64,000 nucleotides of DNA from NCBI GenBank assembly GCA_038139415.1, contig JAYOSV010000003.1, positions 84,700-148,699 of the forward strand, read 5' to 3'. The position numbers were made by a program, and so were the translations under genes. Positions 1 to 8,678 of this stretch are shown piece after piece; within the stretch, counting starts at the first letter, position 1; every line of letters starts with the position of its first letter. This DNA is from Verrucomicrobiales bacterium (GTDB lineage Bacteria > Verrucomicrobiota > Verrucomicrobiia > Limisphaerales > UBA1100). Under the pieces are notes generated by a model that saw only the letters and a list, made by a program, of their open reading frames with translations, did no database searches and was not told where the DNA came from.

Positions 1-1318
1 ACCGAGTCAGGCCGTGTGGCAACTCACGAAGCCGCTCACGGCCAAAACTTTGAAAATTAGAATGGATTTTAGCCGGCACTATTCGGCAAGTCTTGGTCGA
101 TTCCGGATTGCTGTCACCACCAGTGGTAAACTGGCTAAAGCAAAAGATGTATCAGCAGAAATTGAGGTGCTACTGGCACGACCTAATGAAGCACTGATCG
201 GTGAGGAACAGGGCATATTGCGATCGTGGTTTTTGGATCATTCCAAAGACGTGGCTGACGCCCGCAAATCGATTGAGGCAATGCGTAAAAAGTTTCCCAA
301 ACCAGCAACGACACTGGTCATGCAAGAACGCCCACAAGAGCACTTGCGACCCACGCACCGGCATCATCGCGGTGAGTTTTTGTCTCCACGCGAAGTGGTG
401 CGACCGGAGGTTCTGCCGTTTTTACCTTCGTTGACCAAGGATCAGACGCGCGATCGGCTGGGGCTTGCGCGGTGGCTGGTGGATCCACGGAACCCTCTCA
501 CTGCGCGCGTCACCGTAAATCGCTACTGGGCCGAGCTCTTTGGTGAAGGCATCGTGCCCACGCTTGATGACTTTGGTTACACCGGTACTATGCCTTCAGA
601 TCCTGCTTTGCTCGATTGGTTGGCACTGGAGTTTATCCGGCAAGGTTGGTCGCGTAAAAAACTCCTGCGCCTGATTGTCACCAGTGCCACCTACCGGCAA
701 CAAGCCGGCCCCAGCTACCGCTTGCCGGCCGAGCAGGTTCGCGATTCAGTACTGCATGTGAGTGGATTATTCCATGCCAAGCTCGGCGGTCCCAGTGTGT
801 TCCCGCCTCAAACCAAAAGCATCGGCGAAGGTATCTACGGAGGTGGTGGATGGCGCACGAGTACCGGGCCTGACCGGTATCGGCGCAGTCTTTATACCCA
901 CCGCAAACGTTCCATGCCTTACGCCATGCACAACACGTTTGATGCCCCCAGTCACGAGGCTTGTGTAGCCCGGCGTGATCGATCCAACACCCCGTTGCAG
1001 GCTTTAATGCTGCTCAATGATTCCTTTATCCTCGAGGCAAGCCGCGCCCTTGGTAACTGGGCGGTGCAAAAGAAGGGGGATGAAGAAACAATTATGCGCG
1101 CCCTGTTTGGCCGCATCCTTGCTCGGCCGCCTGACTCTCATGAATTGCAGGTAATGGCGGGTTTTCACGCCAAACAAACCAAGCGCTTTAGTACTGATAA
1201 AAAAATGGCCACCGAAATCGCCGGACCAAACCCAAAGGCTTCCTCTGAAGCGGTAGCGGCTTGGGTTACTCTGGCTCGTTCACTTTTGAATACGCATGAA
1301 TTCATTACCCGCAACTGA
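1..1318 (+). CDS. DUF1553 (PSD1) domain protein, C-terminal part, 5'-truncated by the window edge
   Basis: Motifs NPLTARVTVNRYW, LLDWLA, SATYRQ, YRRSLY, FDAP, SNTPLQAL and C-terminal LLNTHEFITRN. The frame is open back to the window start. Confidence 0.9.
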   Translation, partial: PSQAVWQLTKPLTAKTLKIRMDFSRHYSASLGRFRIAVTTSGKLAKAKDVSAEIEVLLARPNEALIGEEQGILRSWFLDHSKDVADARKSIEAMRKKFPKPATTLVMQERPQEHLRPTHRHHRGEFLSPREVVRPEVLPFLPSLTKDQTRDRLGLARWLVDPRNPLTARVTVNRYWAELFGEGIVPTLDDFGYTGTMPSDPALLDWLALEFIRQGWSRKKLLRLIVTSATYRQQAGPSYRLPAEQVRDSVLHVSGLFHAKLGGPSVFPPQTKSIGEGIYGGGGWRTSTGPDRYRRSLYTHRKRSMPYAMHNTFDAPSHEACVARRDRSNTPLQALMLLNDSFILEASRALGNWAVQKKGDEETIMRALFGRILARPPDSHELQVMAGFHAKQTKRFSTDKKMATEIAGPNPKASSEAVAAWVTLARSLLNTHEFITRN

Positions 1319-2705
1319 CGCTTCGGCAGATATCACCCGCCGGCACTTTTTTAGAGAGTGCGGCTATGGCGTGGGCAAGTTGGCTTTGGCGGGGCTTTTA
1401 ACCAACTCCTTCGCCCGACCGGCCGGCACGCATTTCGCCCCGAAAGCCAAGCGGGTGATCCATCTCTTTCAAGCGGGCGCACCGAGCCAGTTGGAGCTCT
1501 TTGATAACAAACCCAAGCTGAAGGCGTTCGAGGGTAAACCGTTGCCGCCTTCAGTAATTGGCGATCAACGTTATGCCTTTATTCAGCGCGATGCTGCCGT
1601 GCTTGGGCCACGCTTTCCCTTTGCGCGCCACGGACAATGTGGCGCGGAGCTTTCTGACAAGCTGCCGCATCTGGCCAAGGTGGTGGACGACATCGCCATC
1701 GTCCGCTCGATGCATACCGATCAGTTTAACCATGCGCCCGGGCAAATCTTTTTCAACACCGGCTTTCCCCAGCCGGGTCGGCCGTGTCTGGGTTCGTGGC
1801 TGAGCTATGGACTGGGTGCGGAGACGGATAATCTCCCTGCGTTTGTGGTGCTCTCTACGGGCGGCGGTATTAGTGGCGGCTCGGCATTATGGTCGCCCGG
1901 TTTTATGCCTGGTAAACATGCGGGTGTGCGTTTCCGCAACTCAGGCGATCCCATTCTTAACGTTAGCCGGCCCGCAGGTGTGGATGCCGAGTTACAACGC
2001 GATTCATTGGATTTGATCGGTACTCTGAATCGTCGGCGTTTGGAAGTGGAGCCCGATCCGGAGATAGCCACGCGCATTGCGAGTTACGAAATGGCTTACC
2101 GACTACAGTCCAGTGCGCCGGAATTAATGGATCTTAAAAGTGAAAGCCCGGAGACCCTCAAGCTGTATGGGGCGGATCCGACCAAGCCCTCCTTTGCCCG
2201 TGCCTGCCTGTTGGCTCGGCGGATGATCGAGCGCGGGGTGCGTTGCGTGAATATTTATCACTCTGGTTGGGATGCTCATTCCAATGTTGCCGGTAACATT
2301 ACCAATAACACCCGCGCCACCGATCAGGGTAGTGCGGCGTTGGTGCAGGATTTAAAACAGCGCGGGTTGCTGGACGACACGCTAGTGATTTGGGGTGGCG
2401 AATTTGGCCGCACGCCAATGGTAGAAAGTAATCCTACGCTGAACCGATCCAAGGGGCGCGATCACCATCCGCAAGCCTTCAGCTTATGGCTGGCCGGTGG
2501 CGGCGTGAAAGGAGGGATGACCTTGGGGGCTACTGATGAATTGGGCTTTCATATTACTGATCGACCGGTGCACATACATGATCTGCAGGCGACGCTTTTG
2601 CACTTAATGGGCTTGGACCATGAACGGCTCACTTTTCATCATGCGGGCCGTGATTACCGGCTTACCGATGTACATGGCACGGTGGTAAAAGAGATTGTTG
2701 CTTAG
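1296..2705 (+). CDS. DUF1501 family protein, Tat-exported
   Basis: TRRHFF twin-Arg signal; AKRVIHLFQAGAPSQLELFD, GWDAH, WGGEFGRTP, GRDHHP, RLTDVHG. Overlaps the upstream gene by 23 nt. Confidence 0.93.
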   Translation: MNSLPATDASADITRRHFFRECGYGVGKLALAGLLTNSFARPAGTHFAPKAKRVIHLFQAGAPSQLELFDNKPKLKAFEGKPLPPSVIGDQRYAFIQRDAAVLGPRFPFARHGQCGAELSDKLPHLAKVVDDIAIVRSMHTDQFNHAPGQIFFNTGFPQPGRPCLGSWLSYGLGAETDNLPAFVVLSTGGGISGGSALWSPGFMPGKHAGVRFRNSGDPILNVSRPAGVDAELQRDSLDLIGTLNRRRLEVEPDPEIATRIASYEMAYRLQSSAPELMDLKSESPETLKLYGADPTKPSFARACLLARRMIERGVRCVNIYHSGWDAHSNVAGNITNNTRATDQGSAALVQDLKQRGLLDDTLVIWGGEFGRTPMVESNPTLNRSKGRDHHPQAFSLWLAGGGVKGGMTLGATDELGFHITDRPVHIHDLQATLLHLMGLDHERLTFHHAGRDYRLTDVHGTVVKEIVA

Positions 2706-3706
2706 TTGCTTTTCTCTATAATTTTTTCCAAGGCTGCCGTCATTTCCGGCACGCTAAATTCCCGAGGACCGCGCCCACCCTGATAAGCGATCTTTCCATC
2801 TTTGCCGATGATATAGAGTCGATCAGGGAATGCACTAAAGGCACTAGCTACCGTGTCGTTAATGTCATCCACCAAAAGCGGGATTTTGAGGTTCAGCCCA
2901 GCTGAACAAGTCAGGGCAACTTGCTGGCGTTCTCCGTAGGTTTTGGGCTGGGCAATTTGCAAGGGTGACGGCCGTGATGAACCTAAGGGGTGTGCTTCAC
3001 GGATGTAGACCCAGTAAAAGTCCGCTTTTTTGCCGTAGGTTTCGTAAGCTTTTTGGAGGCGCACGGCCTCACGCGAAAAAGGGCCTCACGTGTAAGACCC
3101 GAAGATGATCACTGAGAGCCGCGTGATTTTATTAAATTCAAGCTCACCCTTTTGGGTCATGAATTGGGCACTCACACTCGGAGCTTCTTTACCCACTTCC
3201 GGGCCGCTATTGCCACGGTTTGCGGGTCGGGGATTGGTCGGGTTAGAGTTTCTCCAAGCCTGCCATTCTAGGACGCTGATTTTTTTATCTTGGTTGGTAT
3301 CAGCTGCACTCAGAATTTTTTCGTAGTAGGCTTGCCATTCTGCGGGGGAAAGGGATTTATCTCCATTACTGTCGATATCCGAAAACATTTTTTCGGACTG
3401 ATTTGGTTCAGTACTTGAGCCGGGTCTACGAAATGGGCCTCCTCCATTACCTCGCCCACCAAAACCGTTCCGACCTCGATCCTCACGCATGGCATTACGT
3501 TCCGCCTCAGAAAGGAAATTGTCCTTATCTTTATCGAACTGGTCGAAGTACTCCTTGGGTCCGGGGAATTCTTCTCGCGATATTTTTCCATCTCCATTGG
3601 CATCCATTCTCCGGCCACCCCCCCCATTGCCACCTGGAGATTGTTGCGCCGGTATATCGCTCAATCCGCAACTCAGGCACAGAATGAATGCCAACATTTT
3701 TTTCAT
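2702..3706 (-). CDS. Secreted EF-hand + iodothyronine deiodinase-like (thioredoxin-fold) selenoprotein, 334 aa, in-frame UGA read as Sec at 3086-3088
   Basis: ORFs 3086..3706 and 2702..3064 are in the same frame and separated only by TGA: FGSYT-TGA-GPFSREAV...ADFYWVYIREAHP...RLYIIGKDGKIAYQGGRGP. This matches the deiodinase FGSxTUPPF and YIxEAH motifs. Four EF-hand loops and an N-terminal signal peptide are present. Confidence 0.85.
3049..3081 (-). promoter_or_regulatory. Candidate bacterial SECIS hairpin immediately 3' of the UGA
   Basis: Minus strand reads TGA GGCC CTTTTT cgcgt GAGGC [CGTGC] GCCTC c AAAAAG. There are two stems, and the apical loop starts 20 nt after the UGA with G at loop position 2. 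Confidence 0.6.
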
Positions 3707-3805
3707 GTCTCCATTTTACCCTCTTTTGGTCGTCTAGCCAGTAAAAATTACAGATTGCCCAAAGGTTTACGGATCGCGTTCGGATCGTTATTCTTTTGCT
3801 TATTC

Positions 3806-4570
3806 ATGAGTAACGATCTCTTTTCTTTAAATGGCAAGGTGGCACTGGTGACGGGAAGCTCCACCGGGTTGGGCAAGGTGATGGCCAGGGCGCTGGGGCG
3901 CGCTGGGGCGAAGGTGGCCCAGAATTATTTTCACAACGAGGAGCGCGCGGCGCAGGCATTTGCGGAGTTTCAGGAAACCGGCGCGGAAGGGGCGATGTTT
4001 CGCGCGGATGTGACTGATGAAACGGACGTCAACCGACTGGTGGCCGAGGCGACCGAGCAACTGGGGCCGATCGACATCGTGGTGCTCAACGCCACACCGG
4101 ATCAGCCGCAGAAACCGATTGAGGACTATGACTGGGCGTTTTACCAGAGCATGCTGGATTTTTTCATCAAGAGCCCGTTCCTCGTCACGCGCGCGGTGTT
4201 GCCGCACATGAAGCAGCAGAAGTGGGGTCGCATCATCAATATCGGTTCGGAGGTGTTTCATTTGGGCGTCAAACCCTTCACCGCCTACGTTGCCGCCAAG
4301 GGTGGGCAGAATGGGTTTAACCGTAGTCTCGCGCATGAGCTGGCTGAGTGGAACATCACGGTGAACATGGTTGCGCCCGGCTGGATTCCCGTGGAACGCC
4401 ACGAGAAAGATCCGCAGGAGTTGAAGGACGGTTACCTCGCTAGCATTCCGATGGGTCGCTGGGGCGTGCCGCAGGATCTCGATGGCACGATCACTTACCT
4501 CGCGAGTGAGGCATCTGGTTTTGTGACGGGCCAAAACATCCACGTGAATGGCGGTACGACGGTGCATTAG
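3806..4570 (+). CDS. SDR family NAD(P)-dependent oxidoreductase (FabG-like)
   Basis: VALVTGSSTGLG, YVAAK, VNMVAPG, TGQNIHVNGG. ATG 3806 is preferred over the upstream extension, which overlaps the opposite-strand gene. Confidence 0.92.
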   Translation: MSNDLFSLNGKVALVTGSSTGLGKVMARALGRAGAKVAQNYFHNEERAAQAFAEFQETGAEGAMFRADVTDETDVNRLVAEATEQLGPIDIVVLNATPDQPQKPIEDYDWAFYQSMLDFFIKSPFLVTRAVLPHMKQQKWGRIINIGSEVFHLGVKPFTAYVAAKGGQNGFNRSLAHELAEWNITVNMVAPGWIPVERHEKDPQELKDGYLASIPMGRWGVPQDLDGTITYLASEASGFVTGQNIHVNGGTTVH

Positions 4571-4612
4571 ATTTTTAAATTTGTGCCTCCGCGTCTGTGC
4601 GGGAGATAAAAA

Positions 4613-5533
4613 ATGACTTTCCCTCTCACCATCGTCGGCCTAGGCGAAGCGGTGTTTGATGTGTTTCCGGATAAGGAAGTGCTCGGGGGCACGTCGCTGA
4701 ACGTCGCGGTACAGGCGCATCAATTGCTCGATCCGCTGGGCGGTCGTGGGGTGTTGCTCAGTCGGATTGGCGCGGATGATTTGGGGCAGCGGTTGCAGGC
4801 GGAATTTCAATCGCGCGCTTTGCCGCTGGAGTATGTGCAGGTGGATGACGCAAAGCCGACCGGGCAGGTGCTGGTGAGTTTTGTGGACGGCGCGCCGCGT
4901 TATGAGATCGTGATGGACACGGCGTGGGATCATCTCGCTTACACGGATCACGAGGTGGGGCTGGCGCGTGCCTGCAACGCTGTGAGCTTCGGCAGCATGA
5001 GCCAGCGGCACCCTACGGCCCATGCAGCGACGCAGGCATTTTTGGCGGAGACCCAATCGGCGCTGAAGATTTTTGATGTGAATCTGCGCATGGATTTGTT
5101 TACAGCGGATATTTTGGCCGAAGGGTGTCGGGTGGCGAATCTGGTGAAGCTGAACGACGAGGAAATCGAGACCGTCGCCGATCTACTCGAGTTGCCGGCC
5201 GGCGAGCCGCAGGCGCGAGTGGCGACCCTGCGCAAACGCTTTGATTTGGAGGCCGTCATTATCACACGGGGCGAAGCGGGCACCACCGCGTGCACGGCTG
5301 CGGGCTGGGTGGAGGGCGCGCCGGCGCATTATCCGACTGCGCCGAATGCCGATAGCGTGGGCGCCGGCGATGCCTGTACGGCTGCGCTGCTTCTGGGGCG
5401 CCTTCTGGGGCGCGATTGGCCGGCCACGCTGGATTTGGCCAATCGCCACGCGGCCTACGTGGCCAGCCAGCCTAGCGCCACGCCGGTCCTGCCGCCGGAA
5501 GTGTGGGCGGGGTATGGGTTGGGTTCGGTTTGA
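4613..5533 (+). CDS. PfkB family carbohydrate kinase (fructokinase-like)
   Basis: GEAVFD, GGTSLNVA, FDVNLR, KLNDEE, ITRGEAG, DSVGAGD. Confidence 0.92.
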   Translation: MTFPLTIVGLGEAVFDVFPDKEVLGGTSLNVAVQAHQLLDPLGGRGVLLSRIGADDLGQRLQAEFQSRALPLEYVQVDDAKPTGQVLVSFVDGAPRYEIVMDTAWDHLAYTDHEVGLARACNAVSFGSMSQRHPTAHAATQAFLAETQSALKIFDVNLRMDLFTADILAEGCRVANLVKLNDEEIETVADLLELPAGEPQARVATLRKRFDLEAVIITRGEAGTTACTAAGWVEGAPAHYPTAPNADSVGAGDACTAALLLGRLLGRDWPATLDLANRHAAYVASQPSATPVLPPEVWAGYGLGSV

Positions 5534-5585
5534 AACCCGATTTAATACGGTTGAGTTGGGCCGGAAAGGGCCAATGGAATTGGGT

Positions 5586-5613
5586 TGCCCCTCGGGCGGA
5601 TGAACCTAGAATT
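5586..5613 (+). promoter_or_regulatory. sigma70-like promoter for the DUF1553/DUF1501 operon
   Basis: TTGCCC-N16-TAGAAT, then GGAG Shine-Dalgarno-like sequence before ATG 5632. Confidence 0.5.
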
Positions 5614-5631
5614 TCCCCACGGAGTTTTCAA

Positions 5632-8600
5632 ATGATCAGACAGTGCACCGTTACAATTTTGTTAAGCCTCGCCACGCTGGCGTGGGCGGCCGAGCCGCTG
5701 CCGAACAAGGTGGATTACAACCGTGATATCAAGCCGATCCTCTCGGACAACTGCTATGCCTGCCACGGGCCGGATGCCGGCACGGTGAAGGCTGGTCTGA
5801 GGTTGGATTCGTTTGAAGCCGCTACAAAGGAACTAAAAAGCGGGGCGACGGCTATTGTGCCGAAGGACACGGATGAAAGCGAGTTGGTTTATCGCGTACA
5901 CACGACCGATGCCGATGAACTCATGCCCCCGGCCGAGTCAAACAAGAGCCTCACCGCCCGCGAAAAGGCATTGCTCAAACAATGGGTGGCGCAGGGCGGC
6001 GAGTTCGCCAAGCACTGGGCTTATGTGGCACCTAAGAAGACGGCCGCGCCCAAAGCGGAGCAAAAAGGTTACACGCGCAATGACATTGACCGCTTCATTC
6101 TCGCCCGGCTGAAGTCTAATGGCTTTGCGCCGGCAAAGGAAGCGGACCGTCGCACGTTAATTCGGCGGTTGTCCTTTGACCTTACCGGGTTGCCGCCAAC
6201 CTGGGCGCAGGTCGAGGCGTTTGTAAACGACAAGACTCCCGATGCCTACGCCAAGCTGGTTGATCGGCTGCTAGCCAGTCCGCAATACGGCGAGCGCATG
6301 GCGGTGTACTGGCTGGATATGGTGCGCTATGCCGACACCATTGGTTATCACTCGGACAATCACGAAACCAAGCCGCTTTATCGCGACTATGTCATCGATG
6401 CCTTCAATGATAATAAGCCGTACGATCAGTTTACTCGCGAACAATTAGCCGGCGATCTCATCAACGATCGCACCAGTACGCAACTTATCGCTTCGGGCTA
6501 CAACCGGCTGAACATGAACACCCGCGAAGGCGGTTCTCAGCCTAAGGAATACACTGCCAAGTATCTTGCTGACCGAGTACGCAACACTTCCACAGTATGG
6601 ATGGCCTCTACGCTCGGCTGCAGCGAATGTCACGATCACAAGTTCGATCCCTTCACGGCTAAGGATTTCTATAGCTTCGGTGCGTTCTTTGCTGATCTGG
6701 AGGAAACGCCAGTGGGAGGCCAGAAATTCACCAAGGTACCGCGCATGGAAGACAAGGCAAAGGTTGCCTCCTTGGAAGAAGAGCTGGCAGAGCTTCGCAA
6801 AAAAATTGCGGAGGCCAATTTAGCCGCCGGACAAAAGACTTGGGAGGCGGGGTTGCAAAAAACTCTGGCAGAAAGCTCTGACTGGCAAGCGATTAAGCCA
6901 ACCAGCGCCAAATCCTCCGGCGGTGCCACCCTTAAGGTACAGGCAGATCACAGTGTGTTATCCACCGGAAAAAACCCGGCTAAGGATGATTATACGATTA
7001 CTTTGGCCTCCAACTTGAAAAATATTACCGGCATCCGTTTGGAAGCTTTGACGCATGAGAGTTTTCCCAAGAAATCACTTGCACGCGGAAATGGTAATTT
7101 TGTCCTGACTCATTTCTCCGTGGCAAAAGGCAAATCGCCAGTGAAGATTGCTAGTGCGACATCAGATTACTCGCAGGCTAACTATCAAGTCGCCAATGCC
7201 CTCAAGCCTGATTCCAAAACCGGCTGGGCCGGCAACGGTCACGTGGAGGCAGCCAATCGCACGGCGGTGTTTGTTTTTGAGAAACCCCTGGCCGGCGGCG
7301 ATGATACTACCCTGACCATCACCCTGAAACATCAGTCGCAATATCCCAATCATAACATCGGCCATTTCCGACTCTCCCTTACCACCGCGGCTGAGCCCAA
7401 GGTCCGCGGAGGGCATAATCTGCCTCCAGTAGTCGCTGCTGCATTGAAACAGCCGACCGCTCAACGCGATGCAGCACAGCAAAAAGCGATTGCCGATCAC
7501 TACCGTTCCATCGCTCCGGAACTAGCCGAAGTGCGCAAAGCCGTCGCCGCGAAGACTGCTGCTCGAGATGCGGCTATAAACGCTTATCCCACCACGCTAG
7601 TTTCCACCAGTATGGGCAAACCGCGCATGGTGCGTGTGTTGCCGCGCGGCAACTGGCTGGATGATTCCGGCGATCAGGTTCAGCCAGCCGTGCCGGGATT
7701 CCTGCAGTTTGGCCAAGCGCCAGAAGGCCGCGCGAGTCGCATGGATCTCGCCGACTGGATTGTGGCGAAGGATAACCCGCTGACCGCGCGCGTGTTCGTC
7801 AACCGCCTGTGGGCGATGTTCCACGGGCGCGGACTGGCCACGCCGCTGGATGATTTTGGCGCGCAAGGCACCCCGCCCTCGCACCCCGCATTGCTCGATT
7901 GGCTGGCCATTGAGTTCATGGAAAACGGTTGGGACGTAAAACACATGGTGAAACTCATGGTTAGCAGCGGTACCTACCGCCAAAGCTCCGTGGCACCCAA
8001 GGCTGTGACGGACAAGGATCCCTACAACCTCTGGCTCGCCCGGCAGGGCCGTTGGCGGCTCGAGGCCGAGATGGTGCGCGACAACGCGCTCGCCGTTAGT
8101 GGGCTGCTCGTGAAGACCATTGGCGGCGCCAGCGCCAAGCCGTATCAACCCGCCGGATACTGGGCGCACCTGAATTTTCCCAAACGCAGTTGGAAAGCCG
8201 ACGCCGGCGACGGCCTGTACCGGCGCGGCTTGTACACCTACTGGTGCCGCACCTTCCTGCATCCCAGCCTCGCCGCCTTCAACGCGCCGAGCCGCGAGGA
8301 ATGCACGGTCGAGCGCGTGCGTTCCAACACCCCGCAACAGGCGCTGGTGCTGCTCAATGACCCCACCTATGTCGAGGCCGCCCGCATCTTTGCTGAGCGT
8401 ATTCTCAAGGACGGCGGCAAAACGCCTGAGTCGCGCATCGCCTTCGCCTACCAACTGGCGCTGCACCGGGCGCCCAGCGCCGCTGAGGCCAAGATCCTCG
8501 TTGGCCTGGCCGACAAACATCTTAAGCATTACCAAACCGATGCGGTCGCCGCGGACGCGCTGTTAAAGAACGGCGCCAAGATGGCCGATGAGGCATTGGA

Positions 8601-8676
8601 TAAATCCAAACTCGCCGCCTGGACCTCCATCGCGCGCGTGGTCCTGAACCTTCACGAAAACATCACTCGCAACTAG
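5632..8676 (+). CDS. PSD1/planctomycete cytochrome c protein (PSCyt1 + DUF1549 + beta-sandwich insert + DUF1553)
   Basis: Signal peptide; YNRDIKPILSDNCYACHG; HWAY; DLTGLPP; YGERMA; CSECHDHKFDP; NPLTARVFVNR; SNTPQQAL. Confidence 0.93.
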   Translation: MIRQCTVTILLSLATLAWAAEPLPNKVDYNRDIKPILSDNCYACHGPDAGTVKAGLRLDSFEAATKELKSGATAIVPKDTDESELVYRVHTTDADELMPPAESNKSLTAREKALLKQWVAQGGEFAKHWAYVAPKKTAAPKAEQKGYTRNDIDRFILARLKSNGFAPAKEADRRTLIRRLSFDLTGLPPTWAQVEAFVNDKTPDAYAKLVDRLLASPQYGERMAVYWLDMVRYADTIGYHSDNHETKPLYRDYVIDAFNDNKPYDQFTREQLAGDLINDRTSTQLIASGYNRLNMNTREGGSQPKEYTAKYLADRVRNTSTVWMASTLGCSECHDHKFDPFTAKDFYSFGAFFADLEETPVGGQKFTKVPRMEDKAKVASLEEELAELRKKIAEANLAAGQKTWEAGLQKTLAESSDWQAIKPTSAKSSGGATLKVQADHSVLSTGKNPAKDDYTITLASNLKNITGIRLEALTHESFPKKSLARGNGNFVLTHFSVAKGKSPVKIASATSDYSQANYQVANALKPDSKTGWAGNGHVEAANRTAVFVFEKPLAGGDDTTLTITLKHQSQYPNHNIGHFRLSLTTAAEPKVRGGHNLPPVVAAALKQPTAQRDAAQQKAIADHYRSIAPELAEVRKAVAAKTAARDAAINAYPTTLVSTSMGKPRMVRVLPRGNWLDDSGDQVQPAVPGFLQFGQAPEGRASRMDLADWIVAKDNPLTARVFVNRLWAMFHGRGLATPLDDFGAQGTPPSHPALLDWLAIEFMENGWDVKHMVKLMVSSGTYRQSSVAPKAVTDKDPYNLWLARQGRWRLEAEMVRDNALAVSGLLVKTIGGASAKPYQPAGYWAHLNFPKRSWKADAGDGLYRRGLYTYWCRTFLHPSLAAFNAPSREECTVERVRSNTPQQALVLLNDPTYVEAARIFAERILKDGGKTPESRIAFAYQLALHRAPSAAEAKILVGLADKHLKHYQTDAVAADALLKNGAKMADEALDKSKLAAWTSIARVVLNLHENITRN

Positions 8677-8678
8677 CC

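Noticed and set aside
2702..3064. Treating 2702..3064 and 3086..3706 as two genes or as a nonsense pseudogene
   Set aside because: The only stop is TGA, exactly at the deiodinase Sec position and followed by a SECIS-like hairpin, so read-through is more parsimonious.
3641..3805. Long N-terminal extensions in the ORF track (3641, 5503, 13309, 17750, 25028, 38650, 39006, 55169, 55992)
   Set aside because: They overlap neighbouring genes, terminators or promoters. Downstream ATGs give proper signal peptides or domain starts.
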